Below are positions 19,319 through 30,042 of a stretch of 64,000 nt of DNA, piece after piece; position 1 is the stretch's first letter; every line of letters begins with the position of its first letter. This stretch comes from an uncultured Acidobacteriota bacterium (GTDB lineage Bacteria; Acidobacteriota; UBA6911): NCBI GenBank assembly GCA_963843575.1, contig CAWJKZ010000027.1, positions 32,001 to 96,000 of the forward strand. The letters run 5' to 3'. The translations under genes were made by a program, and so were the position numbers. Under the pieces are notes generated by a model. That model had not been told where the DNA came from. It did no database searches and was given only the letters and a program-made list of their open reading frames with translations.

Positions 19319-21758
19319 ATGATCACACCCAGGGGCCCTGTCAGGTTCGCAGTCATACTCTTCGCGTGCATTTCGCTCAACGCGGCCGGTGCCGCACAGA
19401 ACAGGCGGAAAACCGCACCGCCGCCGGCCGCCGGGCCGACGACCGTCAAGGTGGACGGCAACGTCATCAAGTCCTACATCGGGTTCATGGCGGCCCCCGA
19501 CAAGGAAGGGCGGAAGTCGCTGACACCGGGGTTCGAAAAGACGGCGGAGTGGGCCGCGGCCAGGTTCAAGGAGTGGGGACTGAAACCTGCCGGCGACAAT
19601 GGGACGTTCTTCCAGGACGTACCGATCACAGGACGGCGCACCACCTTCGCCTGGACGACCGGCATCCCGGTCCTGACGGTGGACGATCGCACTTTCAGCA
19701 TCAAAGACAACGACTTCACCCTGGATCCCGCCTCCACGCCAGCCACACAGGCGAACGGCGAGGTGGTCTTCGTCGGCTACGGCATATCGACCGCAGGCAA
19801 GGGGCTCGACGAATACGCGGGGGTGGACGTCAAGGACAAGATCGTGCTGGCGTTCAAGGGCTCGCCCAAGGACGCCCCCGCCGCCCGCGGCATGTTCGGC
19901 ATCAATCCGCCGGAACCGAAGCACCCCGAGCCGTGGACGGAAGAGTCGACAGATCAGGCCAAAATCAAGACCGCCTACGAGAAGGGAGCGGCGGCGATCC
20001 TCCTCTTCAACCCGGACAAACTGGCCCTCCCCAACCCGTTCGGCGGTCAGCAACAGCCGCAGCAGCCAACGATGGCGCAGATGTTCGGCATGGGTCGCGA
20101 GGTCGAAGGCTCGCCCTACACGAGGCCCTTCCTCGTCGTGACGGACGTAAACGAGCGCGTGTTCCGGGAGGCTTTGTGGCGCGACCCGCAGGAGTCGGCC
20201 CGCGGCTTCGTGGGCCGCATCGACCAGATCCGCCGCGACATCAGGGACAAGAAGGCCCGCTCGCAGGCGACCGGCGCGAAGGCCACGGTCAAGGGCTACG
20301 ATACCACCCAGTTCTACGGTGAGAAATTCAAGAACAACACGTCGCACAACGTCATCGGCAAGGTCGAGGGGACCGACCCGAACCTGGCAGGGGAGTACAT
20401 CCTGATCGGCGGACATCTCGATCACGTGGGGATGACCAACGACGTGATCTACAACGGAGCCGACGACGACGCCTCCGGCGCCGCCACCACGATGGAGATG
20501 GGACGGCTCTTCGCGGCCAATGCCGCCACGCTCAAGCCGAAGCGGACCGTGATCTTCGCGCTCTGGTGCGGCGAGGAGATGGGATTGCTCGGGTCCAGCC
20601 ACTACGCGAAATCTCCCTCGGACGGCGTGAAGATCGATAAGATCGTCGCCAACTTCAACCTCGACATGGTCGGGCTCGGCGAGCGCATCGGGGCCCCGGG
20701 CGGGCTCAACTTCCCGGCCCTGTTCAACGTGATCATGAAATATCAGGAACCGGACGTGGCCAAGGTCGTCGACGCGTCCACCGGAGGTCCGGGCGGCAGC
20801 GATCACTCCGCGTTCATCGAACAGGGGATCGAATCGCTCGCGCTGATGACGAGCGGCGGGCGTCGGCCACCCCGATTACCATGACTCCGGCGACAAGACG
20901 GAAAAGATCGACCCGGAGATCCTGCGCAAGACCGGTCAGTTCGTGCTCCAGGGGGCCATCAACCTGGCCAACGAAACCTCCACGCCCCTGCTCGTCCCCG
21001 ACCGGCTGCACCTCTACCACGGGATGCGGCTCATCCCTCTGAACCTCGAGGAGGCTCGTGCCGGCGGCGGGCGCAGCTTCATGGGCGCTCAACCGAACCC
21101 GCAGGGGCCACGGTTCAACGTGGGCCTCAGCGACTCGTCCGCCTTCGGCGGCAACCTCAGCCTCATCGACCTGGCGGCGAAGCTCCTCTCCGTCGGGCGG
21201 GTGGAAGTGTCCAGCCGCGGCGACGGGCAGTGGTTCGGCTCGAGTGGCCTCACCGAACGCGGCCGCGCAGCCGTGAAGGCGTTCGAGACCAACGGCGTGG
21301 TCATCAACCTGAACAACCCGTCCGAGCGCCTGCTCGACGACATGCTCGAAGTTGCCGGGAAACCGTTTATCGTCTCGAACCTCGCGCGCGGACTGGACGC
21401 CGATACCGCCAGGCGCATCAATGAAAAGAACGTCCTGGTCGCCGTGGCCTGGGACGGCGCGGCGGCCGCGAAGCTGATCGGCCTGAAGAAGCTCATCGGC
21501 GATTCCGACAACCTGCTGCTCACGACGCGGCTCGCGGGCCCGTCGGCGCTCTCTGAAATGGGTCTCCCCGACGGAGCGGCCCGCCCGGGACCCGACGAGG
21601 CGAAGCAGAAAATGTACCTCGATCTGATCAAGGCGGGCTGGACCAAGGACGAGATCTACGCGATGGTCGGGGTCAGCCCCGCGCGGACCGGCCAGATGCA
21701 GATGCCCCCCGCGGGTCCCCCCCAGCTCGGCGGCAACCTCGCCAGGCTGTCCCAATAA
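19319..21758 (+). CDS. M28 peptidase with PA domain and C-terminal dipeptidase-like extension (frameshift near 20860)
   Basis: VFVGYG...VKDKIVL PA domain; GGHLDH, NGADDDASG, GEEMGL, NLDMVG, SDHSAF; HPDYHDSGD follows the shift. Confidence 0.85.
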
Positions 21759-21837
21759 GCGACGGCGCCTGCCGTCAAGTGCGTTCGGGCCTCAGAGGCT
21801 GTCCAACGGTTCATCTGCCCGATCCAAACAGAATACG

Positions 21838-21935
21838 GTCCGGGCTTCAGCCCGGACGCTGTTTGCGGTCGCTATAACCTGCGCGCCTGTCGCCACATAG
21901 ATCAGATCAAAAGACGTCCGGGCTGAAGCCCGGAC
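21838..21935. repeat. REP-like family B inverted pair (REPIN-like)
   Basis: GTCCGGGCTTCAGCCCGGAC (21838) and its reverse complement (21916). Confidence 0.78.
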
Positions 21936-22079
21936 CCACTTGGGCAGACTTGGGCAGGGAAAAGCTTGCCTGCCTGGCGGCCGCGGGTTATGGTAAAGGG
22001 CCACCTGCAAGGCGCCACGTCCCTCCTCCCCGACGTGCCCTTCACTCCCGGCCATCCGGGAGTTCCATAGGGCTATGGA

Positions 22080-24380
22080 ATGAATCACGGGAAAAAGCTC
22101 GAGCAGATGACGCGCGAGGAGTTGATCGCGGAGTTGCGCGCGCGGACCGCAGCGCTCGTGAAATCCCAGGAGGAGCTGGCGTTCTGCCGCGATCGGTATG
22201 CGGACATGTACGATTCCGCACCGCTGGGCTACGCCACCCTCGCGCCGGACGGGACCATCCAGGAAATCAATCGCACGGGGGCGCAATCGCTCGGCGCAGA
22301 GCGCCCCAAGCTGCTGGGCGCACCCCTGGAGAAGTTCCTGGCACCCGAATCGCTCGAAGCGTTCAGGGCGCACAGGCAGGCCTGCCGCGCGGGCGCGCCG
22401 GCGGCCGCAACCTTTGTCAGGATCGCTACGCCAGACGGCGGGACCCTGCCCATGCAGTTGTCCAGCAAACCGGCAGCCAATCCGGATGGCACGGTGTCGA
22501 TCAGGACCGCCCTGACAGACCTCACCGAGCGCGAGCGCGCCGAGCAGGCGGTGCTTCAGCTCAACGCGGACCTCGAGCTGCGGGTGCGCCAACGGACGGA
22601 GGAACTGGAAGCCGCCAACCGGCACCTGAGGGAAGAGGTCGAGCGGCGGGCAAACGCGCAGCAGCAGCTCAAGGACTACGCGAGGGCGCTGGAGAACGCC
22701 AATCGTGCGCTGCACAAAGCGTACGAGGACGCGCGCACCGCGGACAGGGCCCGGCTCGACAGCGAGCGGGCCGCACGGGCCGAAGCGGAAAAAACCAGCC
22801 AGATCAAGGATGAGTTCCTGGCCACCCTCTCGCATGAACTCCGCACCCCCCTGAACGCGCTGCTCGGTTGGGCGCAACTGCTCCGCAGCGGCAGGCTGTC
22901 GCCGGAGGAAACCGAGCGCGCCCTGGAAGTCATCGAGAGGAACATCCGACTGCAGAGCCAGCTCGTCAGCGACCTGCTCGACATGTCCCGCATCATTTCG
23001 GGCAAATTCTCGCTGGACCTACAATCCGTGGCGCTCGGGCCCGTGGTGGAGTCGGTAGTCGATTCGGTGCGGCTCTCGGCGGACATCTCCGGGGTAAAGA
23101 TCGAGACCAAGGTGGACGATGCCGTCGGGGAGCTGACCGCCGACCCGAACCGACTGCAGCAGGTCCTGTGGAACCTCCTGCAAAACGCGGTCAAGTTCTC
23201 GGCCAGGGGTGGCAGGGTGGCGCTCCAGGCGAAGAGCAGGAACGGGAATGTCGAGATCAGAGTCAGCGACAACGGCATCGGCATCCGGCCGGAGTTTCTC
23301 CCGTACGTGTTCGACCGCTTCCGGCAGGCGGATGCCTCCAGGACGCGCCGCCAGGGCGGCCTCGGCCTGGGCCTCTCCATCGTGCGGCACCTCGTCGAAG
23401 CGCACGGGGGAACCGTCACCGCGGAGAGCGAGGGCGAGACGAAGGGAGCCACGTTCACGATCCTGCTCCCCGTCGGTTACCCCGATGCCCGGGCCGCCGG
23501 AGCCGATCAGGCGTCGTTGCGGATCCCTTTCGACCCTGCCGCAGTCCAGGGCATAAAGGTCCTCGTCGTTGACGACGACCCGGACTCGCGAGCCCTGATT
23601 GGCAGGCAACTGGAGGATCTCGACGCCGTCGTCGTCCTCGCGGCGTCGGCGACCGAAGCGTTGCGCAAGCTCCGCTCCTTCCGCCCCGACGTGATCGTGT
23701 CGGACATCGGGATGCCGGACGAGGACGGCTACGATCTGATCCGAAACGTGCGAAACATCAAACAGGTAAGCGATATCCCGGCACTTGCGCTGACCGCATT
23801 TGCCCGCCCGGAGGACCGGGAACAGTCACTTCAGGCCGGATACCAGATGCACCTCAGCAAACCGGTCGAGATGGCCAGGCTGTGCACGGCCATCGCGCGG
23901 CTGGCGGCCCGCGGCAAGGCTGCCGCCCGGGACGCGCCCCCGGCCCCCGCGGAACCTCCTCCGCCAGCCCACCAGGCGCACCGTACGCCCCGGAGGTTGC
24001 AGGCCTCCCCGGAATCCCGCCTGCGGATCCTCGTCGTCGACGACAGCGACGACTCTGCCGCATACGTGGCCGCCGTCCTGGAGATGCAGGGGTACGAGGT
24101 GATGATCGCGCGCGACGGCTCCTCAGCCGTCGAGATCGCCACCCTGTTCCGTCCGCAACTGGTCCTGCTGGACATCGGGCTGCCGGACCTGGACGGATTC
24201 ACGGTCGCGCGAAGGCTCCGCGGCCACGCTGATCTGAAGGACACGGTCGTAGTGGCCGTCACCGGCTACGGCATCGACCGCCAGCGTCTGGATGAGTCGC
24301 CCGTCGATGCCTACCTGCAGAAACCCCTCGAACCGGACACCCTCACCGACTTCATCCGGAAACTCACCGCCCAACCGTAG
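22080..24380 (+). CDS. Hybrid sensor histidine kinase (PAS-HisKA-HATPase-REC-REC)
   Basis: SHELRTPL, NLLQNAVKF, DNGIG, GLGLGL; two receiver domains (VSDIGMP, LLDIGLP). Confidence 0.95.
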   Translation: MNHGKKLEQMTREELIAELRARTAALVKSQEELAFCRDRYADMYDSAPLGYATLAPDGTIQEINRTGAQSLGAERPKLLGAPLEKFLAPESLEAFRAHRQACRAGAPAAATFVRIATPDGGTLPMQLSSKPAANPDGTVSIRTALTDLTERERAEQAVLQLNADLELRVRQRTEELEAANRHLREEVERRANAQQQLKDYARALENANRALHKAYEDARTADRARLDSERAARAEAEKTSQIKDEFLATLSHELRTPLNALLGWAQLLRSGRLSPEETERALEVIERNIRLQSQLVSDLLDMSRIISGKFSLDLQSVALGPVVESVVDSVRLSADISGVKIETKVDDAVGELTADPNRLQQVLWNLLQNAVKFSARGGRVALQAKSRNGNVEIRVSDNGIGIRPEFLPYVFDRFRQADASRTRRQGGLGLGLSIVRHLVEAHGGTVTAESEGETKGATFTILLPVGYPDARAAGADQASLRIPFDPAAVQGIKVLVVDDDPDSRALIGRQLEDLDAVVVLAASATEALRKLRSFRPDVIVSDIGMPDEDGYDLIRNVRNIKQVSDIPALALTAFARPEDREQSLQAGYQMHLSKPVEMARLCTAIARLAARGKAAARDAPPAPAEPPPPAHQAHRTPRRLQASPESRLRILVVDDSDDSAAYVAAVLEMQGYEVMIARDGSSAVEIATLFRPQLVLLDIGLPDLDGFTVARRLRGHADLKDTVVVAVTGYGIDRQRLDESPVDAYLQKPLEPDTLTDFIRKLTAQP

Positions 24381-24462
24381 AGAAGTCGGCCTCGTCGGAA
24401 GATGGTGGGCCACGGCGCGTCGAGCCGGCACAGCGCCGCCTCGCATCGGCTATAATGGGGGC

Positions 24463-24750
24463 ATGCTGCGACAGGCCAGGAGAATCGTCATCGCGGTGGT
24501 CGGGACGACGGTGCTGCTGATAGGCGCCGCAATGCTCGTACTCCCCGGCCCCGCCATCGTAGTGATTCCCGTCGGGCTCGCGATCCTGGCCACGGAATTC
24601 GCCTGGGCGCGCCGCTGGCTGAACATCGTACGCGACTCGGCCGAGAAGGGGGCCACCAGGATCGGGCTCGGCGCCCCTTTCAGGCGCCGGGCGAAAGATA
24701 GCGCGGAGCCGCCGGAAGGCCCGTGCCGCTCCCCTAGAGCAGGTCCTTGA
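24463..24750 (+). CDS. PGPGW-domain membrane protein
   Basis: MLVLPGPAIVVIPVGLAILATEFAWA. Confidence 0.85.
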   Translation: MLRQARRIVIAVVGTTVLLIGAAMLVLPGPAIVVIPVGLAILATEFAWARRWLNIVRDSAEKGATRIGLGAPFRRRAKDSAEPPEGPCRSPRAGP

Positions 24751-25610
24751 AGTAGGCCGCGGCGGCTTCCCAGTCCACGGACTCGTCGGGCTTTCGGCCC
24801 AGCTTGTCGTAGAGCCGGCGGCGGGACTTCTTGTCGTCGACAGCAATCCGCGCGGAAATCGCCAGGACATCTTCCGCGACCTCGTGCGGGACGACGATGC
24901 ACCCGTCCCAGTCGCAACCGACGATGTCCCCCGGGCGGACCATGACGCCGCCGCAGCTGATCGGGACCTCGACGTCCACCAATTCCACCCGGCCGGGTAT
25001 AATCGTCCGTCCGATACCGCGGCAGGCGACGTTGCACTTCTGCATGATCACTTCGTCGGTGTCACGGCAATTGCCCTCCGTGACGATCCCCGCGACGCCC
25101 CGGCTCATCATCCCCAGGCTGTTGTTGGAACCCCAATACCCGCACTCCCCGGCTCCCCCGGTGGACATGACGATGACGCACCCCGGCTTGACGTGCGGGT
25201 CGACATTGGCGCGCCAGCCACCCATCTCGCCCCAGATGTCGTGCTGCTTGAGCGCATCCTTCCGCGAGACCAGCGGCATGCGGCGGTTGGTCGGCACGAC
25301 CCGCATAGTCACGGCCGGGCCGAAAAACCGCATCCCCATCCACAGGGGGCGAATTTCAGGGTCCATCAGGGTCAGGTCGGCGCGGCCGACCGCGTCGAGC
25401 CCGTCGGTGACGTCCGTGACCCTGAGGAACTTGTTGAAGCGAGCGGCAAGGGCATAGGTGTCTTTCCGGCCGGCCGGCGCCGCGGCCTGCGCCGGAGCTG
25501 CCTGCGCCGGCTGGATGTACGCGGTTCCCGCGGCGGCGGCCACAAGCGTCAGAGGAGCGCAGAAAGTCACGACGCGAGGACTGCGGATCGGGCGGCATTT
25601 TCTCGGGCAT
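24734..25610 (-). CDS. RraA/HMG-aldolase-family protein with Tat-like leader (frameshift near 25545)
   Basis: SSRRDFL leader; DVTDGLD, FGPAVT, WGSNNS, GNCRDTDE, VRPGDIVGCDWDG. Confidence 0.8.
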
Positions 25611-25714
25611 GATCGGTTCCTCCAGTGGGTAAAGGTGCCGAGATGGTATCAGCGAACCGCCATGGCCGCAGCAATCTTTTGCTTTTATCCAGTCGGGGCA
25701 CCTAGAATGGGTTA

Positions 25715-26872
25715 ATGAAGACACTTCCTACACGACGCGCTTTCCTGGCTGCCGGCCTGGCGGCCCCCGCATTGGCAGCAAACCTGCAACCGGCCCGCAC
25801 CCAGGAAAAGCCGCCACTGCGCACTCTCGGAAAGACCGGCCTCAAGGTGGCGCCGCTCGGCTTCGGCTGCATGACGACCTCTGACCCCGCCGTCATCGAG
25901 CGCGCCGCGGACATCGGCCTGAACTACTTCGACACGGCCCGCTCCTACCAGGGGGGCAACAACGAGCGCATGGTGGGCGCCGCCCTGAAAGGGAAACGCG
26001 GCCGCGTCGTCATCTCGACCAAGACCCCGGGGAAGACCCGCCAGGAGGCCCTCGCCGACCTCGACACGAGCCTGCGCGAGCTGCAAACCGACTACGTCGA
26101 CGTCTGGTATCTCCACAGCCGCGATACGCCCGCGGACGTCACCGACGAACTGCTCGAAACCCAGCAGGCCGCAAAGAAGGCCGGGAAGATACGCTTCGCC
26201 GGCGTCAGCTTCCACTTCAACATGCCGGACATGCTCGCACACCTGGTCCGGCGCGGACAGACCGACGTCGCGCTGGCCAGCTACAACTTCACCATGAAAC
26301 CGGAACTGACCCAGGCGATTCACGAGGCGCGGCGCGCCGGAATGGGAGTCGTGGCCATGAAAGTGCTGGCCGGCGGCTTCAGCAGGATCCAGCGGGGCGA
26401 CAGGCTCTACGGAGTCAACCCCTCGGGGTTGACGAGCACGCTGAAGAAGGAGGGGGCGATGCTCGCCGCGATCAAGTGGGCCCTGAAGAACACCTCCGTG
26501 GACACCGCCATCGTCTGCATGACCGACTTCGACCAGCTCGACGAAAACCTCCGGGCCATGTCGGAGCCCTTCACGAGCAGCGACGAAAAACTCCTCGCCG
26601 ACCAGCTGGCCTGCATCCGGCCGCTCTATTGCCGGATGTGCGGCAACTGCGGGGGAACCTGCGACAAGGGTTTGCCGGTGCCCGACGTGCTGCGTTTCCT
26701 GGCCTACGCCGAGGGATACGGGCAGTACCCCATGGCACGCGAGCGCTACCTGGAACTGCCCGCGGCGGCACGCGCGCCCCGTTGCCGGGACTGCGCCTCC
26801 TGCTCGATCGACTGCCCCAGCGGCGTCGACGTGAAGTCCCGTGTCATGCGCGCGCAGGCCTTGCTGGCGTAG
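25715..26872 (+). CDS. Aldo/keto reductase with C-terminal Fe-S domain and Tat-like leader
   Basis: TRRAFL; RTLGKTG, FDTARSY, STK, YLH; CRMCGNCGGTC and CRDCASCSIDCP. Confidence 0.9.
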   Translation: MKTLPTRRAFLAAGLAAPALAANLQPARTQEKPPLRTLGKTGLKVAPLGFGCMTTSDPAVIERAADIGLNYFDTARSYQGGNNERMVGAALKGKRGRVVISTKTPGKTRQEALADLDTSLRELQTDYVDVWYLHSRDTPADVTDELLETQQAAKKAGKIRFAGVSFHFNMPDMLAHLVRRGQTDVALASYNFTMKPELTQAIHEARRAGMGVVAMKVLAGGFSRIQRGDRLYGVNPSGLTSTLKKEGAMLAAIKWALKNTSVDTAIVCMTDFDQLDENLRAMSEPFTSSDEKLLADQLACIRPLYCRMCGNCGGTCDKGLPVPDVLRFLAYAEGYGQYPMARERYLELPAAARAPRCRDCASCSIDCPSGVDVKSRVMRAQALLA

Positions 26873-26914
26873 GGACGTCGGTCGAGAGTCCTTGCGAGCC
26901 CCGGATGCAGCGCC

Positions 26915-27331
26915 CTACCGGGCAGCTTGAGCGAGACGAGGCAGCTGATCCAGGCGACGCTGCCACAGAGGATGGTGCCCCAGATCAGATCCACGACGGT
27001 GATCAGCAGCGGCCAGTCCCGGATCGTCGCGAGATTGGTCAGATCGTACGTGGCGTAGGCGAAAAACCCGAGCACCGCTCCGTAGGCCAGCGCGCGCGGG
27101 GGGCTGCCCAGCCTCGATGCCGGGCCTTACAGCGAACAGCACGATCCCCGCGACAAACACCAGGTAGAACGTGATCGCCGCGGCCCAGTTGATCCGTGGA
27201 GAGAGCAGGTAGCCCAGGTGCTTCCGATAGAGGTCCTTCGCCACCACCCCCAGCCACAGGAGGTCAATGGCGAGGAAGATCGGGACGGTCAGCAGGTACG
27301 TGGTCACCGCCCTGCCCGGAGTCATTTCCAT
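26915..27331 (-). CDS. DUF2177-family membrane protein (frameshift near 27100)
   Basis: FLAIDLLWLG, AAITFYL, YATYDLTNLAT..DW...VDLIWG. Confidence 0.85.
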   Translation of the reverse strand: MEMTPGRAVTTYLLTVPIFLAIDLLWLGVVAKDLYRKHLGYLLSPRINWAAAITFYLVFVAGIVLFAVRPGIEAGQPPARAGLRSGARVFRLRHVRSDQSRDDPGLAAADHRRGSDLGHHPLWQRRLDQLPRLAQAAR

Positions 27332-27372
27332 AGATCACCTCTTCCAATCCGTCAGTGACGGCGACAGCTGTA

Positions 27373-28807
27373 TTACTTGCGGTAGTCGAGGGGCGGCTTC
27401 GCATCTGCCGGGAGGCGCGACTTGTACGCCCGGCCGGCGCGGCGTTGGTCGAAGCTGTCGCGGGCGGCCTTCAGCTGGGACGGGTCCGTCAACAGTTCGA
27501 CGCCGGTCAGCGCGAGGGTCTTGGCCGCAACGACCATTCCCTTCCGCCCGATGCTGGTTCCGGCGCACGCCGAGGCCTGCCAGCTGTGGTTCACCACGCC
27601 GGGCACGTGGGTGGCGGCGTGAATCCACCCGGTCGGGACCACCCAGCTCACGTCCCCGGCATCGGTCGAGGCGATGACGAGCGGCTCGTTCAGACGGCCG
27701 TATGCCCTCCTGGCTGCCGAGCGGAAGCCCGGTGTCGGTGAGGGTCTTCCGTATCGCCACGGCGAACTCCTGTTCCGCGGCCGTGTACTTGACTCCCCCG
27801 ACATATTGCAGGTTCCGGTAGAGCATGCCGGTGAGGGCGTCGTTCGGGAGCACGTTGTAGTTGCTGCCCAGCGCGCCCTGGGTCACTGGGTTTCGGTCGC
27901 CAGCGCCCCGGCGTCGGCGCATTTCGTCACGCGCTGCCAGATACCGTCGAGTTCGGACATTTCCGGGTGGCGGGCGTACAGGTAGATCTCGGCCTGAGCG
28001 GGCACGATGTTGGGAGCTTCGCCACCGTTGGAAACGATGTAGTGGATGCGGGCCGACGAGGGGACGTGCTCTCGGAGCATGTCGACGGCGTGCGCCATCA
28101 GCAGGGCTCCGTCCAGCGCGGACCGTCCTTTTTCCGGGGCCGCGGCCGCGTGCGCGGCCTTCCCCTCGAAACGGAAGCGCGCGGAATAGGATCGCGAGCG
28201 TGCTCGTGGTCGGTGGCGATGCTGCGGTCCTCGGGGTGCCAGTGCAGCACCGCGTCGGCGTCGTCGAACACACCGGCCCGGATCATGTACACCTTGCCGC
28301 TGCCCCCCTCCTCCGCCGGGCGTACCGTAGAATCGGACCGTGCCGGGCAGCTTATCGCTTTCGAGGGTTTCTTTCGCGGCCACCGCCGCGAGCGCCGACC
28401 CGGCGCCGAGCAGGTTGTGGCCGCAGCCCTGGCCGTATCCGCCGGGGACGCGCTCCTTCCGGACCGGCTCCGCTTCCTGCGACAATCCCGGGAAGCGCGT
28501 CGTATTCGCCCATGAACCCGACTACGGGCTTCCCGCTTCCCCACTCCGCGACAAACGCCGTCGGAATGCCGGCCACGCCGTCGCGGATCCGGAACCCCTC
28601 CTTGCGCAACTCCTCCTTCAGCAGGGCGGCACTCTTCGTCTCCCTATAGCCCGGCTCGGCGTACTCCCAGATCAGGCGCGAGATCACGCCAAAACGTGAT
28701 GCGTGCGCATCGACCCGGGCGGTGACCTCGGCCCGCCGGTCGGCGGCTGGCGCGGGCGGGGCCATGAGATGAAATGCGATCGCCACGGATAGGATTATGG
28801 ACTTCAT
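27373..28807 (-). CDS. M20 amidohydrolase (AbgB-like), secreted, multiple frameshifts
   Basis: IWEYAEPGYRE, GEYDALPG, GQGCGHNLLG, PAEEGGSGK, GKAAHAA, STDAGDVSW. Confidence 0.85.
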
Positions 28808-28911
28808 CGGCAACTCCCCGAAATGGATCCGCCTATTATGGCAGAACCACCTGCCCGCCTGCAAAGCGCCGAAGAAGCGATTCGTGTCGCGCGCTCCGAC
28901 AGGGAAGGTAT

Positions 28912-28941
28912 TTGACCGCCGTCTCGAGACCGACATACAAT
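28912..28941 (+). promoter_or_regulatory. Putative sigma70 promoter, possibly driving a leaderless transcript
   Basis: TTGACC (28912) - 18 nt - TACAAT (28936); GTG start at 28948. Confidence 0.45.
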
Positions 28942-28947
28942 CACGGG

Positions 28948-30030
28948 GTGATCAACCCGGCGACATTCGAGGAAGTGGCGGACCGGTTTTGCCGGGCGCT
29001 CTCCTCCATCGCGGACGCGATGATGCCCACGGGCGACTGGAGGGCGGTGCTCGACCGCATCCTCAGGGCGCTCGTGGACGAGCTCGGGTACAAGGCGGCG
29101 TCTGCCCGGCGGCTGGATGCGGAAAATCGCACGCTGGTCTTGTGCGGGGCCGTGGGGCTCAGCGAAAGCTACCTCGACAAGGGCGTCATCGAAATCGAAA
29201 AGAGCGGCATCGACCGCGAAGTCCTGTCGGGGAGGGTGATCGAGATCCGCGATGCGGCCAGCGACCCGCGCCTGCAGTACCCCGAGGCGGCCGCGCGCGA
29301 AGGGATCGGGAGCATCCTGGCCGCGCCGCTGGCCTTGCGCGACCGGGCGATCGGGGTCCTCAGGGTTTACTCCGCAGAGCCGCGCCCCGCCGATCCGGTC
29401 GAGAAGAAATTCCTGCAGTCCGTCGCCCGGCTCACTGCCCGGGCCCTGATGACCTCACACCGCATCGAGCTGCTGCACAATCTCGCCCGGCAGGTCAACG
29501 CGTCGCTCGATCCGCAGGTCGTGCTCAGCGAGATGCTGCAGAAGACGGTCGACGAACTCCACTACAAAGGTGGCATCGTGCGCCTGCTCGACGTCAAGGG
29601 CGAGCGGCTCGAACTGGTGGCTGCGACGGGAGTGACCCAGGCTTATCTCAACAAGGGACCCATATTCGTCAATCAGAGCACCATGGACCAGGCGGTGTTG
29701 CAGGGGAGGACCGTCACCATCTACGACGTGACGGCCGAGGGGGGGTACCAGTACCCGGAGGAGGCGCTGCGCGAGGGCATCCGATCCGTGCAGGCGATCC
29801 CGCTGGCCGCGATGGACCGCGCTTCCGGCCAGTCGCGGGTTTTCGGTGTCCTGCGCGTCTACTCGGCCCAGCCGCACCGCTTCGGCGAAGACGAGGTCGC
29901 ATTCCTCCAGAGCATCGCCAACCTGGGCGCCATCGCGCTGGAAAACGCACGGCTGCACCAGGAGCTGATGCAGCGCGTCGAAGCCCTCAAGCCGGACGAA
30001 GAGGGGTGGTACCGCATCGAGGAACCCTGA
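28948..30030 (+). CDS. Tandem GAF-GAF domain protein without output domain
   Basis: Two internal repeats (GLSESYLDKG...LQYPEAAAREGI...GVLRVYS / GVTQAYLNKG...YQYPEEALREGI...GVLRVYS), ending ALENARL. Confidence 0.88.
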   Translation: MINPATFEEVADRFCRALSSIADAMMPTGDWRAVLDRILRALVDELGYKAASARRLDAENRTLVLCGAVGLSESYLDKGVIEIEKSGIDREVLSGRVIEIRDAASDPRLQYPEAAAREGIGSILAAPLALRDRAIGVLRVYSAEPRPADPVEKKFLQSVARLTARALMTSHRIELLHNLARQVNASLDPQVVLSEMLQKTVDELHYKGGIVRLLDVKGERLELVAATGVTQAYLNKGPIFVNQSTMDQAVLQGRTVTIYDVTAEGGYQYPEEALREGIRSVQAIPLAAMDRASGQSRVFGVLRVYSAQPHRFGEDEVAFLQSIANLGAIALENARLHQELMQRVEALKPDEEGWYRIEEP

Positions 30031-30042
30031 CGCCCCCGTGTC

